Sequence record: SRR20825019_882
Length of the DNA: 36,057 nt
Reading direction: 5' to 3' (one strand)
The notes under the pieces were generated by a model that saw only the letters and a list, made by a program, of their open reading frames with translations, made no database searches and was not told where the DNA came from. Positions 18,131 through 26,816 of the stretch are shown here, one piece after another. The position numbers were made by a program, and so were the translations under genes. Numbering within the stretch: the stretch's first letter is position 1; each line of letters opens with the position of its first letter.

Positions 18131-19588
18131 TTAATGTTTTGGAAATTTAATTCTAAATGTTGTTCCTATGTGTTCTTGAGACTCAAAGGTAATGGTTCCT
18201 TTAAAGGTTTCCACAATATTCTTGACCATTGCTAATCCTAAGCCCATACCGCTATTCTTGGTGGTAAACTTAGGTTCAAAAACTTTAGGCTTGTTGTCTT
18301 CTGGAATTCCTACACCATTATCTTGTACCGCAATACAAACGTGATAATTATCCTGAGAGACATCTACTTTTATCATAGGGTTTTCTTGCTCTTCTGTAGC
18401 CTGAATAGCATTTTTAACTAAGTTGGTAACTACGCGTATAAGTTGAGTACGATCAAATTTTGCTAAGATTTCTTCATCTTCTGTTTGAAACTCGATATAA
18501 TCTTCGTTAAAAATATCTAACGCTAATTTTACAATCTTTGAGACGTTTAATGTTTCAGATTGTTGCGCTGGCATTTTCGCAAAATTGGAAAATGCAGAGG
18601 CAATACTACTCATTGTATCAATTTGTTGAATAAGTGTATTAGAGTACTCTTCTACTTTATGGTTAATTTCTGGATCTTGAGGATCAAATTTTCTTTGAAA
18701 ACTCTGTACGCTAAGACGCATTGGTGTTAACGGATTTTTAATCTCGTGAGCTACCTGTTTTGCCATTTCTCTCCAAGCTGCTTCGCGCTCGCTAGTGGCT
18801 AGTTTTGCTGCACTTCCTTCCAGCTCATCTATCATACTGTTATAGGCATTTACTAAAGTGTAAATTTCCTCGCTAGCATCATTTATCTCAATCTTAGCAT
18901 TTCGCTTATTAAGACGTGTCTCTGTTATTTTATCTGAAATTGTTTTAAGCGAACGGGTTATATATCTGGATAAAAAATAGGAAAGTGCTATGGCTACAAC
19001 CAACATAAGCAAGTATACTTCTCCTAAGCGTAATAAAAACTCTGCCAGCTCTTTATTTAAAAAGTCGTCTTCCTCTAAGTAGGGTAAATTTAAAATGGCT
19101 AGTGGCCTAAATTTATTGTCTGTTATATAGGTGAAGGAAGATTGAAACTTTTCGCCATTACGCTCACTCTTTAATATAAACCGTTTATCTACAGATGTTG
19201 AAAGATCTTCTAGTATTTCTGCTTTAATCTGTATATCTGTTGAGTCTTTAAAGAAGCTCTCCTTCGATTTTAAAAGCAAGTTGCCTTCTAAAGAATATAT
19301 ATTTAATGGTAAGTTATGTACCTGAGACATCTCATAAATCTTATTACGCTCTTTAAAGATTAACGCAATATTTTCTGGTGTTATCTCATAGGTTGTACTC
19401 CTTAGTACAAAATTAATATTCTCTCTTATAGCTTCTTCTTTTCGCTCTAAACGGTCTCTGTGATAGTCTTCACTTTCTTCTTTATATTGGTAAATTGTAA
19501 CACCTGCAATTAGTATAGATGCTCCCAATACCAATAGGATCATAAAGATGAAAATGCGACGTCTTAAAGACAATTTAAAATGCTTCAT
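18131..19588 (-). CDS. Membrane sensor histidine kinase (NtrY-like H box), orphan in this window
   Basis: Two TM helices, periplasmic domain, HAMP, WREMAKQVAHEIKNPLTP, NLVKNA, DNGVGI, FEPKFTTK, GMGLGL. Confidence 0.93.
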   Translation of the reverse strand: MKHFKLSLRRRIFIFMILLVLGASILIAGVTIYQYKEESEDYHRDRLERKEEAIRENINFVLRSTTYEITPENIALIFKERNKIYEMSQVHNLPLNIYSLEGNLLLKSKESFFKDSTDIQIKAEILEDLSTSVDKRFILKSERNGEKFQSSFTYITDNKFRPLAILNLPYLEEDDFLNKELAEFLLRLGEVYLLMLVVAIALSYFLSRYITRSLKTISDKITETRLNKRNAKIEINDASEEIYTLVNAYNSMIDELEGSAAKLATSEREAAWREMAKQVAHEIKNPLTPMRLSVQSFQRKFDPQDPEINHKVEEYSNTLIQQIDTMSSIASAFSNFAKMPAQQSETLNVSKIVKLALDIFNEDYIEFQTEDEEILAKFDRTQLIRVVTNLVKNAIQATEEQENPMIKVDVSQDNYHVCIAVQDNGVGIPEDNKPKVFEPKFTTKNSGMGLGLAMVKNIVETFKGTITFESQEHIGTTFRIKFPKH

Positions 19589-19618
19589 AGGGAAACTTTA
19601 TATCAATTATAACGCCAA

Positions 19619-20167
19619 TTACGCCTCTGGATTTTTTTCTCTTATGCGTTTGTACATTTTAAAACCAAGCATTAAGATTACAGAAAATAAAATGATGCCT
19701 ATTACGCCGTAAACCCAGTTTACTGCATCTCTTACAATAACTAAGAATATTACTGAAAACAGAATGATTGTGGATCCTTCATTCCATAATCTCATGTGAT
19801 TACTTGTCCATTTTACCACATCGATTTGTAACTCCTTAAATATTAAATGACATTTTACATGATAAGCAATAAGTAAAACAACAAAGCCAAGCTTAACCTG
19901 CATCCAAGGTAAAGAAAGCAGTCCTGGTTGAAGATGAAGTAAGACCAGCGCAAATAGCACAGCAAGTACCGCAGATGGCCACGTGATTATAAACCATAAT
20001 CGTTTTGCCATAAGCTTAAGTTGCTTGCCCAAAATAGATTTTTCTGGCTCATCTTTGCTGAATGCTTCTATTTGATACACAAACAATCTCGGAATGTAGA
20101 ACAGTCCTGCAAACCACGTGATAACGAATATAAGATGCAGACTTTTTATATAAAGGTAATATTCCAT
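19619..20167 (-). CDS. hemJ: Protoporphyrinogen IX oxidase HemJ (CopD-like membrane protein)
   Basis: KSLHLIFVITWFAGLFYIPRLFVY, M.KRL...I..P, W..VKL..V, YH, R.WNE; heme-gene context. Confidence 0.9.
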   Translation of the reverse strand: MEYYLYIKSLHLIFVITWFAGLFYIPRLFVYQIEAFSKDEPEKSILGKQLKLMAKRLWFIITWPSAVLAVLFALVLLHLQPGLLSLPWMQVKLGFVVLLIAYHVKCHLIFKELQIDVVKWTSNHMRLWNEGSTIILFSVIFLVIVRDAVNWVYGVIGIILFSVILMLGFKMYKRIREKNPEA

Positions 20168-20252
20168 ATGTATTTATATAGGCAAGACTCTTTTTGATAG
20201 AAGATCTGCCTTTAGTGTTTTTTAGGTTATTGCTCGAATTAGTATTTTGCTT

Positions 20253-23200
20253 TTACTCCTTATCCTCAACAAATAAATAATTCAACTTCAAATTATTAAA
20301 CTGTGTATTGAATTCTGAAATCTCTTGTGACACCAAATTGTCAAACTTCACCAACTCTGCATTTATTTGTTGTTCTAGTTCACGTTTAACTGCTTTGTCT
20401 TGCTCTGTTGGTGCAAAATCGCCCATTCCTACTAAGCTGTTCAAATGTCCTAATTTGTTAGTCAACTTGATTGGAAAATTTAAAGGGTCTTGTCCGCTAC
20501 GGTTTTTGGTTTGATATAACGCTTCTTCAATCGCTGTGAAGTCTTCTTGAAGTTTTTTGGCTTTTTCCCTCAACTCTTTTGTGCGCTCATCATCCTTATA
20601 CTGCTCTTGAAAATCTTTCAATTGCTTATTAATCGCTCGAATATTTTTAATGGATTTGTGCGCTTTATCTACTGTTTCGTTGACATCGCTAATAAATTCA
20701 TATTGGGCTTTCATATCTGCAGCAGTAGACTCACTGTTTGGATTCGGAATGATTTCAAACGCTTGTTCTTCATCTTTTCCATTCACATTCAATCTTACTT
20801 TGTAAGTATCTGGATAGGCTCTTGGCGCATCTAGATTTGCCCACCATAAAATCATTCCGTCTAAAACCTCAGCACCTTTGCTACGTGTATCCCAAGTTGT
20901 CAGATTCGCACCTTGTTCTACGTCTAACTTATCTTTCTTTGAATGGTTGCTGAAACTCTTCAACGTGTCATTCTGTTTATTTAAATAGGTCACTGAAATC
21001 GTGTCCTTTTTCTCATCATAATTCTTCAGATAGAAATACGTCATCACACCACTTGGATGATTTGTTCCTGAAGTTAACGAACCTTCACGACTTCCACCTT
21101 GCATCCTGTAGGTTGGTTTCGGCTTCATTAAAGCAACATCTTTATTGCTCATTTTCATCGCCTGATGAATAACACTCAAATCATCAATTATCCATAAGCT
21201 TCGACCTTGTGTTGCGACAATTAGATTGTTGTCTTTTATGGTTAAATCTGTAATAGGAACTATTGGTAAATTCAACTGAAATGGGTTCCAGTTTTTACCA
21301 TCGTTAAACGAAATATACATTCCTGTTTCTGTTCCTGCATATAGTAATCCCTTTTGTTTTGGGTCTTCACGAAGTACTCTTGTAAAATGTTCTTCGTTGA
21401 TACCGTTCGTTATCTTAGTCCAGGATTTTCCGTAATCTGTAGTCTTATATAAGTAGGGTTGGAAGTCTCCCCATTTGTAGCGCGTTCCAGCAACATAGCA
21501 CGTAGCTTCATCAAAAGCACTTGGCTCGATGCTATTAATCATTGTCCATTCCGGCATATTCTTCGGTGTAACGTTATCCCAAGTCTCGCCACCATTTCTG
21601 GTCACGTGCACCAAACCATCATCACTACCAACCCAAAGCAAGCCTTCTTTTAACGGATTTTCCTGAGCGGCGAAAATCGTACAGTAATATTCTACAGATG
21701 TGTTGTCTTGCGTAATTGGACCTCCAGAAGATTTCAACTTTTCTGGGTCGTTTCTAGTTAAATCTGGCGAAATTACTTTCCAGCTTTGGCCTTCATCTTC
21801 GGTAACGTGTACGCGGTTTGAAAAGGTGTACAATCTATCTGGATTATGCTTACTGAATTCAATAGGGAAATTCCACTGAAAGCGATATTTCATATCCTCA
21901 GCGCCGTGTCCCATAGGATTGTCTGGCCAAACACTAATGCTTCGCACCGTGTTTTTGTCGTGATTCACTCGTGTTAGAAAACCGTCATAACTTCCGCCAT
22001 AAACAATGTCATTATTTTCTGGGTCAACTGCAATATGAGCACTTTCGCCACCAGCTGTAGATTCCCAATCGTCCTCTGAAATCGAGCGACCTTCAGTTCT
22101 GTGAGCAATTCTCACTGTACTGTTATCTTGTTGTGCGGCATAAATTCGATATGGAAACGCATTATCTGTCGTCACACGATAAAATTGCGACGTTGGCTGA
22201 TTGTGATAGGTACTCCAAGTTTCACCACCATCATAAGTGACCTGCGCACCACCATCATCACCAATAATCATTCGAGTTGGGTCATTTGGTGCAATCCATA
22301 AATCGTGATGGTCGCCGTGCGGCGCGTTGTAAGTTTCAAAAGATTTTCCGCCGTTTTCGGATTTGTGGTAGCGCACATTTAACACATACACCACATCTTC
22401 ATCTTGTGTGTCGGCATAGAGTCTTGTGTAATACCAAGCACGTTGACGAATTTTTCTCTCGTCATTCACTTGGCTCCACGATTCGCCACCATCTTCACTT
22501 CGGTATAAACCGCCTTTGTCTTTATGCTCAACAATCGCCCAAACACGTTCTGAATTTACTGGAGAAACCGTTACGCCAATAATACCTAAAGTGCCTTCAG
22601 GAAAGCCTTTCATTTTTGAAATTTCTGTCCACGTTTCACCTTCATCGGTACTTTTCCAAAGTGCAGAACCATCACCACCAGAACTTAAACTGTATGGTGT
22701 TCTGCGGATATTCCAAGTTGATGCGTATAAAATTCGTGGATTATTTGGGTCGAAGGTTAAATCGACAGAACCTGCATCTTCATTGGCGAAAAGTTTTTTA
22801 GTCCAGGTTTTTCCACCATCTGTACTTTTATAAACGCCACGTTCCTGTGTGCCTTTGTAAAGGTTACCCATCACAGCAGCGTAAACAATGTCTGGATTTT
22901 TAGGATGAATTCTTATTCTAGATATGTGCCGGCTTTTTTCTAATCCTGATGCTTTCCACGTTTTACCAGCATCTACACTCTTCCACACACCATAACCTGA
23001 GGAAACATTACCACGAACGGTTTTCTCACCACCACCAACATAGATGACATTCTTGTCACTTTCAGCCACAGATATGGAACCGACAGAACCACCAAAATAG
23101 CCATCAGAAATATTTTCCCAAGTGCGACCTCCATTTAAGGTTTTCCAAACGCCACCACCAGTTGCTCCAAAGTAAAACAGATTAGGTTGGTCTGGCACGC

Positions 23201-23351
23201 CAGTTACTGCGGCACTACGACCACCGCGAAAAGGGCCAATTAAGCGATACTCTAATGCGTCATATAGGTCTTCGTTGACTGTTTGAGCTTCAGAAAAAAA
23301 TGAACAGAATAAAGTGGTTAGGAGAAATAGAATTTTGGTTGAATAATTCAT
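20253..23351 (-). CDS. Secreted BNR/Asp-box beta-propeller protein (VPS10/sortilin-like 'glycosyl hydrolase')
   Basis: Signal peptide SEA-Q; many S/T-x-D-x-G-x-T/S-W Asp-boxes; IGPFRGGR, HGDHHDLWI, RFQWNFP; C-terminal coiled coil. Confidence 0.85.
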   Translation of the reverse strand: MNYSTKILFLLTTLFCSFFSEAQTVNEDLYDALEYRLIGPFRGGRSAAVTGVPDQPNLFYFGATGGGVWKTLNGGRTWENISDGYFGGSVGSISVAESDKNVIYVGGGEKTVRGNVSSGYGVWKSVDAGKTWKASGLEKSRHISRIRIHPKNPDIVYAAVMGNLYKGTQERGVYKSTDGGKTWTKKLFANEDAGSVDLTFDPNNPRILYASTWNIRRTPYSLSSGGDGSALWKSTDEGETWTEISKMKGFPEGTLGIIGVTVSPVNSERVWAIVEHKDKGGLYRSEDGGESWSQVNDERKIRQRAWYYTRLYADTQDEDVVYVLNVRYHKSENGGKSFETYNAPHGDHHDLWIAPNDPTRMIIGDDGGAQVTYDGGETWSTYHNQPTSQFYRVTTDNAFPYRIYAAQQDNSTVRIAHRTEGRSISEDDWESTAGGESAHIAVDPENNDIVYGGSYDGFLTRVNHDKNTVRSISVWPDNPMGHGAEDMKYRFQWNFPIEFSKHNPDRLYTFSNRVHVTEDEGQSWKVISPDLTRNDPEKLKSSGGPITQDNTSVEYYCTIFAAQENPLKEGLLWVGSDDGLVHVTRNGGETWDNVTPKNMPEWTMINSIEPSAFDEATCYVAGTRYKWGDFQPYLYKTTDYGKSWTKITNGINEEHFTRVLREDPKQKGLLYAGTETGMYISFNDGKNWNPFQLNLPIVPITDLTIKDNNLIVATQGRSLWIIDDLSVIHQAMKMSNKDVALMKPKPTYRMQGGSREGSLTSGTNHPSGVMTYFYLKNYDEKKDTISVTYLNKQNDTLKSFSNHSKKDKLDVEQGANLTTWDTRSKGAEVLDGMILWWANLDAPRAYPDTYKVRLNVNGKDEEQAFEIIPNPNSESTAADMKAQYEFISDVNETVDKAHKSIKNIRAINKQLKDFQEQYKDDERTKELREKAKKLQEDFTAIEEALYQTKNRSGQDPLNFPIKLTNKLGHLNSLVGMGDFAPTEQDKAVKRELEQQINAELVKFDNLVSQEISEFNTQFNNLKLNYLFVEDKE

Positions 23352-23395
23352 TGGTAATACTTAGAAGATTAAAGTCTAAATATACAGAAAATACG

Positions 23396-24763
23396 TTAGT
23401 CTATCTTTAAGTTAGAGGACTTAGGAATCAACTTAGTTCTGATCTCTCTGTTTAAAAATATACCAGTAACAATTGTAGACAACACATCTGCAATTGGAAA
23501 ACTTATCCAAACACCAATTTCTCCAAAATAGTTAGGAAGTATTAAAACTAACGGTATAAAAAAGAAGCCTTGGCGTGTAAGGGTTAATAATAGTGCTGGA
23601 ATAGCTTTTCCTATAGCTTGAAAATAAGCAGAGCCAATTAATTGGATTCCTATTATAGGCACAGCCATAAATACAATGCGCATTGCTGTTGGTGTATCTG
23701 TTAGCACAAGTTCATCATCTGTAAATACGGATACTATTTCTGTAGGGAAAATCATTATAAATGCAAATACAAATAATCCTAAAACACCGGCGTATAATAT
23801 CGCTTTGTTTATACTTTCTCGTACTCTAGGAAACTTATATGCTCCATAATTATAACCAGCTATAGGCAGGAAACCTTGCGTAACACCTAGTACAGGAAAT
23901 AAGGCAAACATTAACATTCTTCCAATAATTGCATACACAGCCACTGAAGACTCTCCTCCCAAATCGAATAAAATATTATTCATTAAAAGATAGGTGATAC
24001 TCACTACAGCCTGTCTAGCTAATGTGACAAAACCTAAAGCAGACATTTCTTTAAGAATTGGCATATTTAAGCCAAAATCTGAAAGGCTTATACGTAACTC
24101 AGAATGTTTAGATAAAAAGAAATACAATATATAGGCAAAACAAAGCACGTAAGATACCGTAGTTGCCAATCCTGCTCCATACATACCCATATCTAGCAGG
24201 TTAATAAATACGTAGTCTAAAACCAAGTTTCCAACTGATGGTATAATCATTGCAATCATTGCAAACTTAGGCTTGCCTTCTGCGCGTATGACGTTGTTTC
24301 CCATCATACTTAACGCAAGTATGGGCACACCATATAATACAATTTTATAGTAAATTTTTGCAGGTTCAAAAATATCGCCCTTACCACCAAATGCAGGAAT
24401 AAGATCATTTATAAAGACTAAGCCTAAAATCACCATGGAAACGGTTAGTAAAAGTGTAACCGTAATCTGATTTCCAAATGTCTTGAGGGCTCGTTTTTTA
24501 TTGTTTGCTCCTAATGCTCTAGATATAATAGATGAGCCACCAATACCTATTGCCATTCCTAATGCTGCGATGAAAAAAGATACAGGAAGTACTACATTTA
24601 TTGCTGCAATAGCTATTGAACCTATCCAGTTTCCTACAAAAATAGTATCGACCAGAATGTTTAGAGACATGACCAAAATACCTATAGACGCTGGTAAGGA
24701 CTGTCTTATAAGTAGTTTGCTAATAGACTTTGTTCCTAAATCTTCTGAACTAAACTTGGCCAT
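23396..24763 (-). CDS. MATE family efflux transporter (MepA-like)
   Basis: About 12 TM helices; VDTIFVG, ISRALGA, IRAEGKPK, NLVLDYVFI, GYNYGA, YFQAIGKA. Confidence 0.93.
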   Translation of the reverse strand: MAKFSSEDLGTKSISKLLIRQSLPASIGILVMSLNILVDTIFVGNWIGSIAIAAINVVLPVSFFIAALGMAIGIGGSSIISRALGANNKKRALKTFGNQITVTLLLTVSMVILGLVFINDLIPAFGGKGDIFEPAKIYYKIVLYGVPILALSMMGNNVIRAEGKPKFAMIAMIIPSVGNLVLDYVFINLLDMGMYGAGLATTVSYVLCFAYILYFFLSKHSELRISLSDFGLNMPILKEMSALGFVTLARQAVVSITYLLMNNILFDLGGESSVAVYAIIGRMLMFALFPVLGVTQGFLPIAGYNYGAYKFPRVRESINKAILYAGVLGLFVFAFIMIFPTEIVSVFTDDELVLTDTPTAMRIVFMAVPIIGIQLIGSAYFQAIGKAIPALLLTLTRQGFFFIPLVLILPNYFGEIGVWISFPIADVLSTIVTGIFLNREIRTKLIPKSSNLKID

Positions 24764-25827
24764 TATGCAATTTGCGTTTCAGCCAAATTTACTGTATTAA
24801 TTGCAGATGGTTTCTCTATCCAATTAGCAATCCAGTTAGACATTACTTTTGCCCAATCATCTCTATCATTAAGGCAAGGAATGGTAGTGAATTCTTTTCC
24901 GCCTACTTCATGGAAAATTTCTTCACCTTCCATAGCAATTTCTTCTAAGGTTTCTAGACAATCACTTACAAATGCTGGTGTTACTATAGCCATATTTTTA
25001 ATACCTTCTTTACCCATACGCTCTATAGTTCTGTCTGTATAAGGTTGTAACCAAGGATCAAAACCTAAACGAGATTGAAATGATGTAGAGAATGTGCCAG
25101 GCTTTAACCCTAATTCTTCTCCTACTAAGCGTGTCGTTTCATAACATTGGTGACGGTAACAAAAACGATGTGCATCACTTTGAGCTTTGCAGCAACTGCC
25201 GTCTATTTGGCAATGAGAATTTGTAATGTCACTTTTGCGAATATGACGCTCTGGAACACCATGATAACTAAATAACAAATGGTCATAATTTGTTGTGTCT
25301 AGCTTCTCTTTAATGCTTCTAGACAACACCTCAATATAATCTGGTTTGTTATAAAATGGCGCTAGGCTTGTTAGTTTAATCTGTGGAAACTTTTCTTTGC
25401 GAAGCTTCTCTGCCAATACCTCTATAGTTTCTGTTGTAGCCATAGCAAACTGAGGATACAAAGGCACTAAAAGAATATCATTAACTCCTTTATCTGTAAG
25501 ACGCTTTAGTGCTTTTTCAATAGTCATAGACCCATAGCGCATAGCTAAATCTATAGGTATTTCTGTTTGCTTTTGAATTTTATCTTGAAGTCTTTCAGAT
25601 AACACAATTAGTGGAGAACCTTCTTCCCACCAAATTTTTGAGTAAGCTTCTGCAGACTTCTTAGGTCTTGTATTTAATACAATACCTTTTACAAGGAATG
25701 CTCGAAACCAATATGGAACATCGATAACTCGAGGATCCATTAAAAATTCGTCTAAGTATTTTTTTACATCTTTCGGGTCGGTACTTTCTGGTGAGCCCAG
25801 ATTAACCAATAAAACACCTTTGCTCAT
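24763..25827 (-). CDS. hemH: Ferrochelatase
   Basis: GVLLVNLGSP, GSPL, AMRYG, PLYPQFA, LFSYHGVP, SFQSRLG..PWLQPYT, FVSDCLETLEEI, PCLND. Confidence 0.97.
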   Translation of the reverse strand: MSKGVLLVNLGSPESTDPKDVKKYLDEFLMDPRVIDVPYWFRAFLVKGIVLNTRPKKSAEAYSKIWWEEGSPLIVLSERLQDKIQKQTEIPIDLAMRYGSMTIEKALKRLTDKGVNDILLVPLYPQFAMATTETIEVLAEKLRKEKFPQIKLTSLAPFYNKPDYIEVLSRSIKEKLDTTNYDHLLFSYHGVPERHIRKSDITNSHCQIDGSCCKAQSDAHRFCYRHQCYETTRLVGEELGLKPGTFSTSFQSRLGFDPWLQPYTDRTIERMGKEGIKNMAIVTPAFVSDCLETLEEIAMEGEEIFHEVGGKEFTTIPCLNDRDDWAKVMSNWIANWIEKPSAINTVNLAETQIA

Positions 25828-25859
25828 AGCTTTAGTTTAGCGAGTGTAAAATTACGATT

Positions 25860-25893
25860 TCTTATCATTTATAAACTTGAACAAATGATAAGA
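25860..25893. promoter_or_regulatory. 11-bp inverted repeat upstream of hemH, candidate operator
   Basis: TCTTATCATTT-N12-AAATGATAAGA, next to a variant -7 element TAATTTTA (minus strand, 25847-25854). Confidence 0.45.
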
Positions 25894-25951
25894 GTTTGTG
25901 ATAATACTATTGCAATTAGTATATACTTTAAAGCTGAAGCTTCTTAAATAC

Positions 25952-25987
25952 AAAAAACCTGAAGCGAGTGACTTCAGGTTTTTTTTT
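25952..25987 (-). terminator. Rho-independent terminator (bidirectional type)
   Basis: AAAAAACCTGAAG-cgagtga-CTTCAGGTTTTTT. Confidence 0.88.
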
Positions 25988-26009
25988 GATAAATTATTAA
26001 AAAGTGTAT

Positions 26010-26750
26010 TTATAATTTTCTTACAGTAGCGTCTCCAAAACTTAAACCTCTGCTTAATTTGGCATTACCTTTATAGGTTACAACAGCTTCTCCATAAGAC
26101 GTAACTTTTAATTTATCTGAAACGTTAAGTTGGAAAGTGCCTTCGCCATAAGCTGTTAATTTGGTTTCCTTATTATCTACATTTATTGCATTTAACTTAG
26201 ATTCACCATATGCTCTAATTTGTTGATAGTTTGTAGTCCCACTTTCAATCATAATGTAGCTTTCACCATAGGTTGCAATTTTAAGATTCTCAACTTCAAT
26301 TTCTTTCATGTATACTTGAGAGTCTCCATAAACACTTAATTTTAAGTCTTTTGCTTCTACATTATCTACAAAATCAAAACGCTCTTCGCCTCTTAATGAT
26401 AATGCACTTATAGTAGTATATGTTATCGTAGCTTTTACTACTGTACCATTATATACATCTTTTCTAATATTATTATTTTTCTCAGATTTAGTGTAAACTC
26501 TTGCATCATCTAAATATAGCTCTAGAGTCTCATCGTCTACCTCAACATTAAGCTTGTCTAAGGATTCTGTGCTGCTCTCGATAACTACAGAAGCTTTGTC
26601 ACCCTTTATAAATGTAACTTGTATGTGTGGATTTATAGTAATCTTATTAAAATTTGATACGTCATAAGTCTTTGTCTGTGCGCTTACAGAAAATACAGAT
26701 GCTAAAATTAAAGTTGAAAAAGCTATAATGTGTTTAATAGTAACTCTCAT
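26010..26750 (-). CDS. Head GIN domain (DUF2807) secreted beta-helix protein
   Basis: Signal peptide SVSA-Q; F.KI.I, repeated L....YG.S/G units, closing V.YKGN...G.A.VRKL. Confidence 0.8.
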   Translation of the reverse strand: MRVTIKHIIAFSTLILASVFSVSAQTKTYDVSNFNKITINPHIQVTFIKGDKASVVIESSTESLDKLNVEVDDETLELYLDDARVYTKSEKNNNIRKDVYNGTVVKATITYTTISALSLRGEERFDFVDNVEAKDLKLSVYGDSQVYMKEIEVENLKIATYGESYIMIESGTTNYQQIRAYGESKLNAINVDNKETKLTAYGEGTFQLNVSDKLKVTSYGEAVVTYKGNAKLSRGLSFGDATVRKL

Positions 26751-26816
26751 GATATGTTTTGTTTGGTTATGCTTTAAAGATGCATCAAATTTTAAATTGT
26801 TACAGTTAATTGAAAA

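Noticed and set aside
20253-23351. Asp-box repeats as a DNA repeat array or CRISPR
   Set aside because: Repeats are protein-level, degenerate in DNA and irregularly spaced; no cas genes
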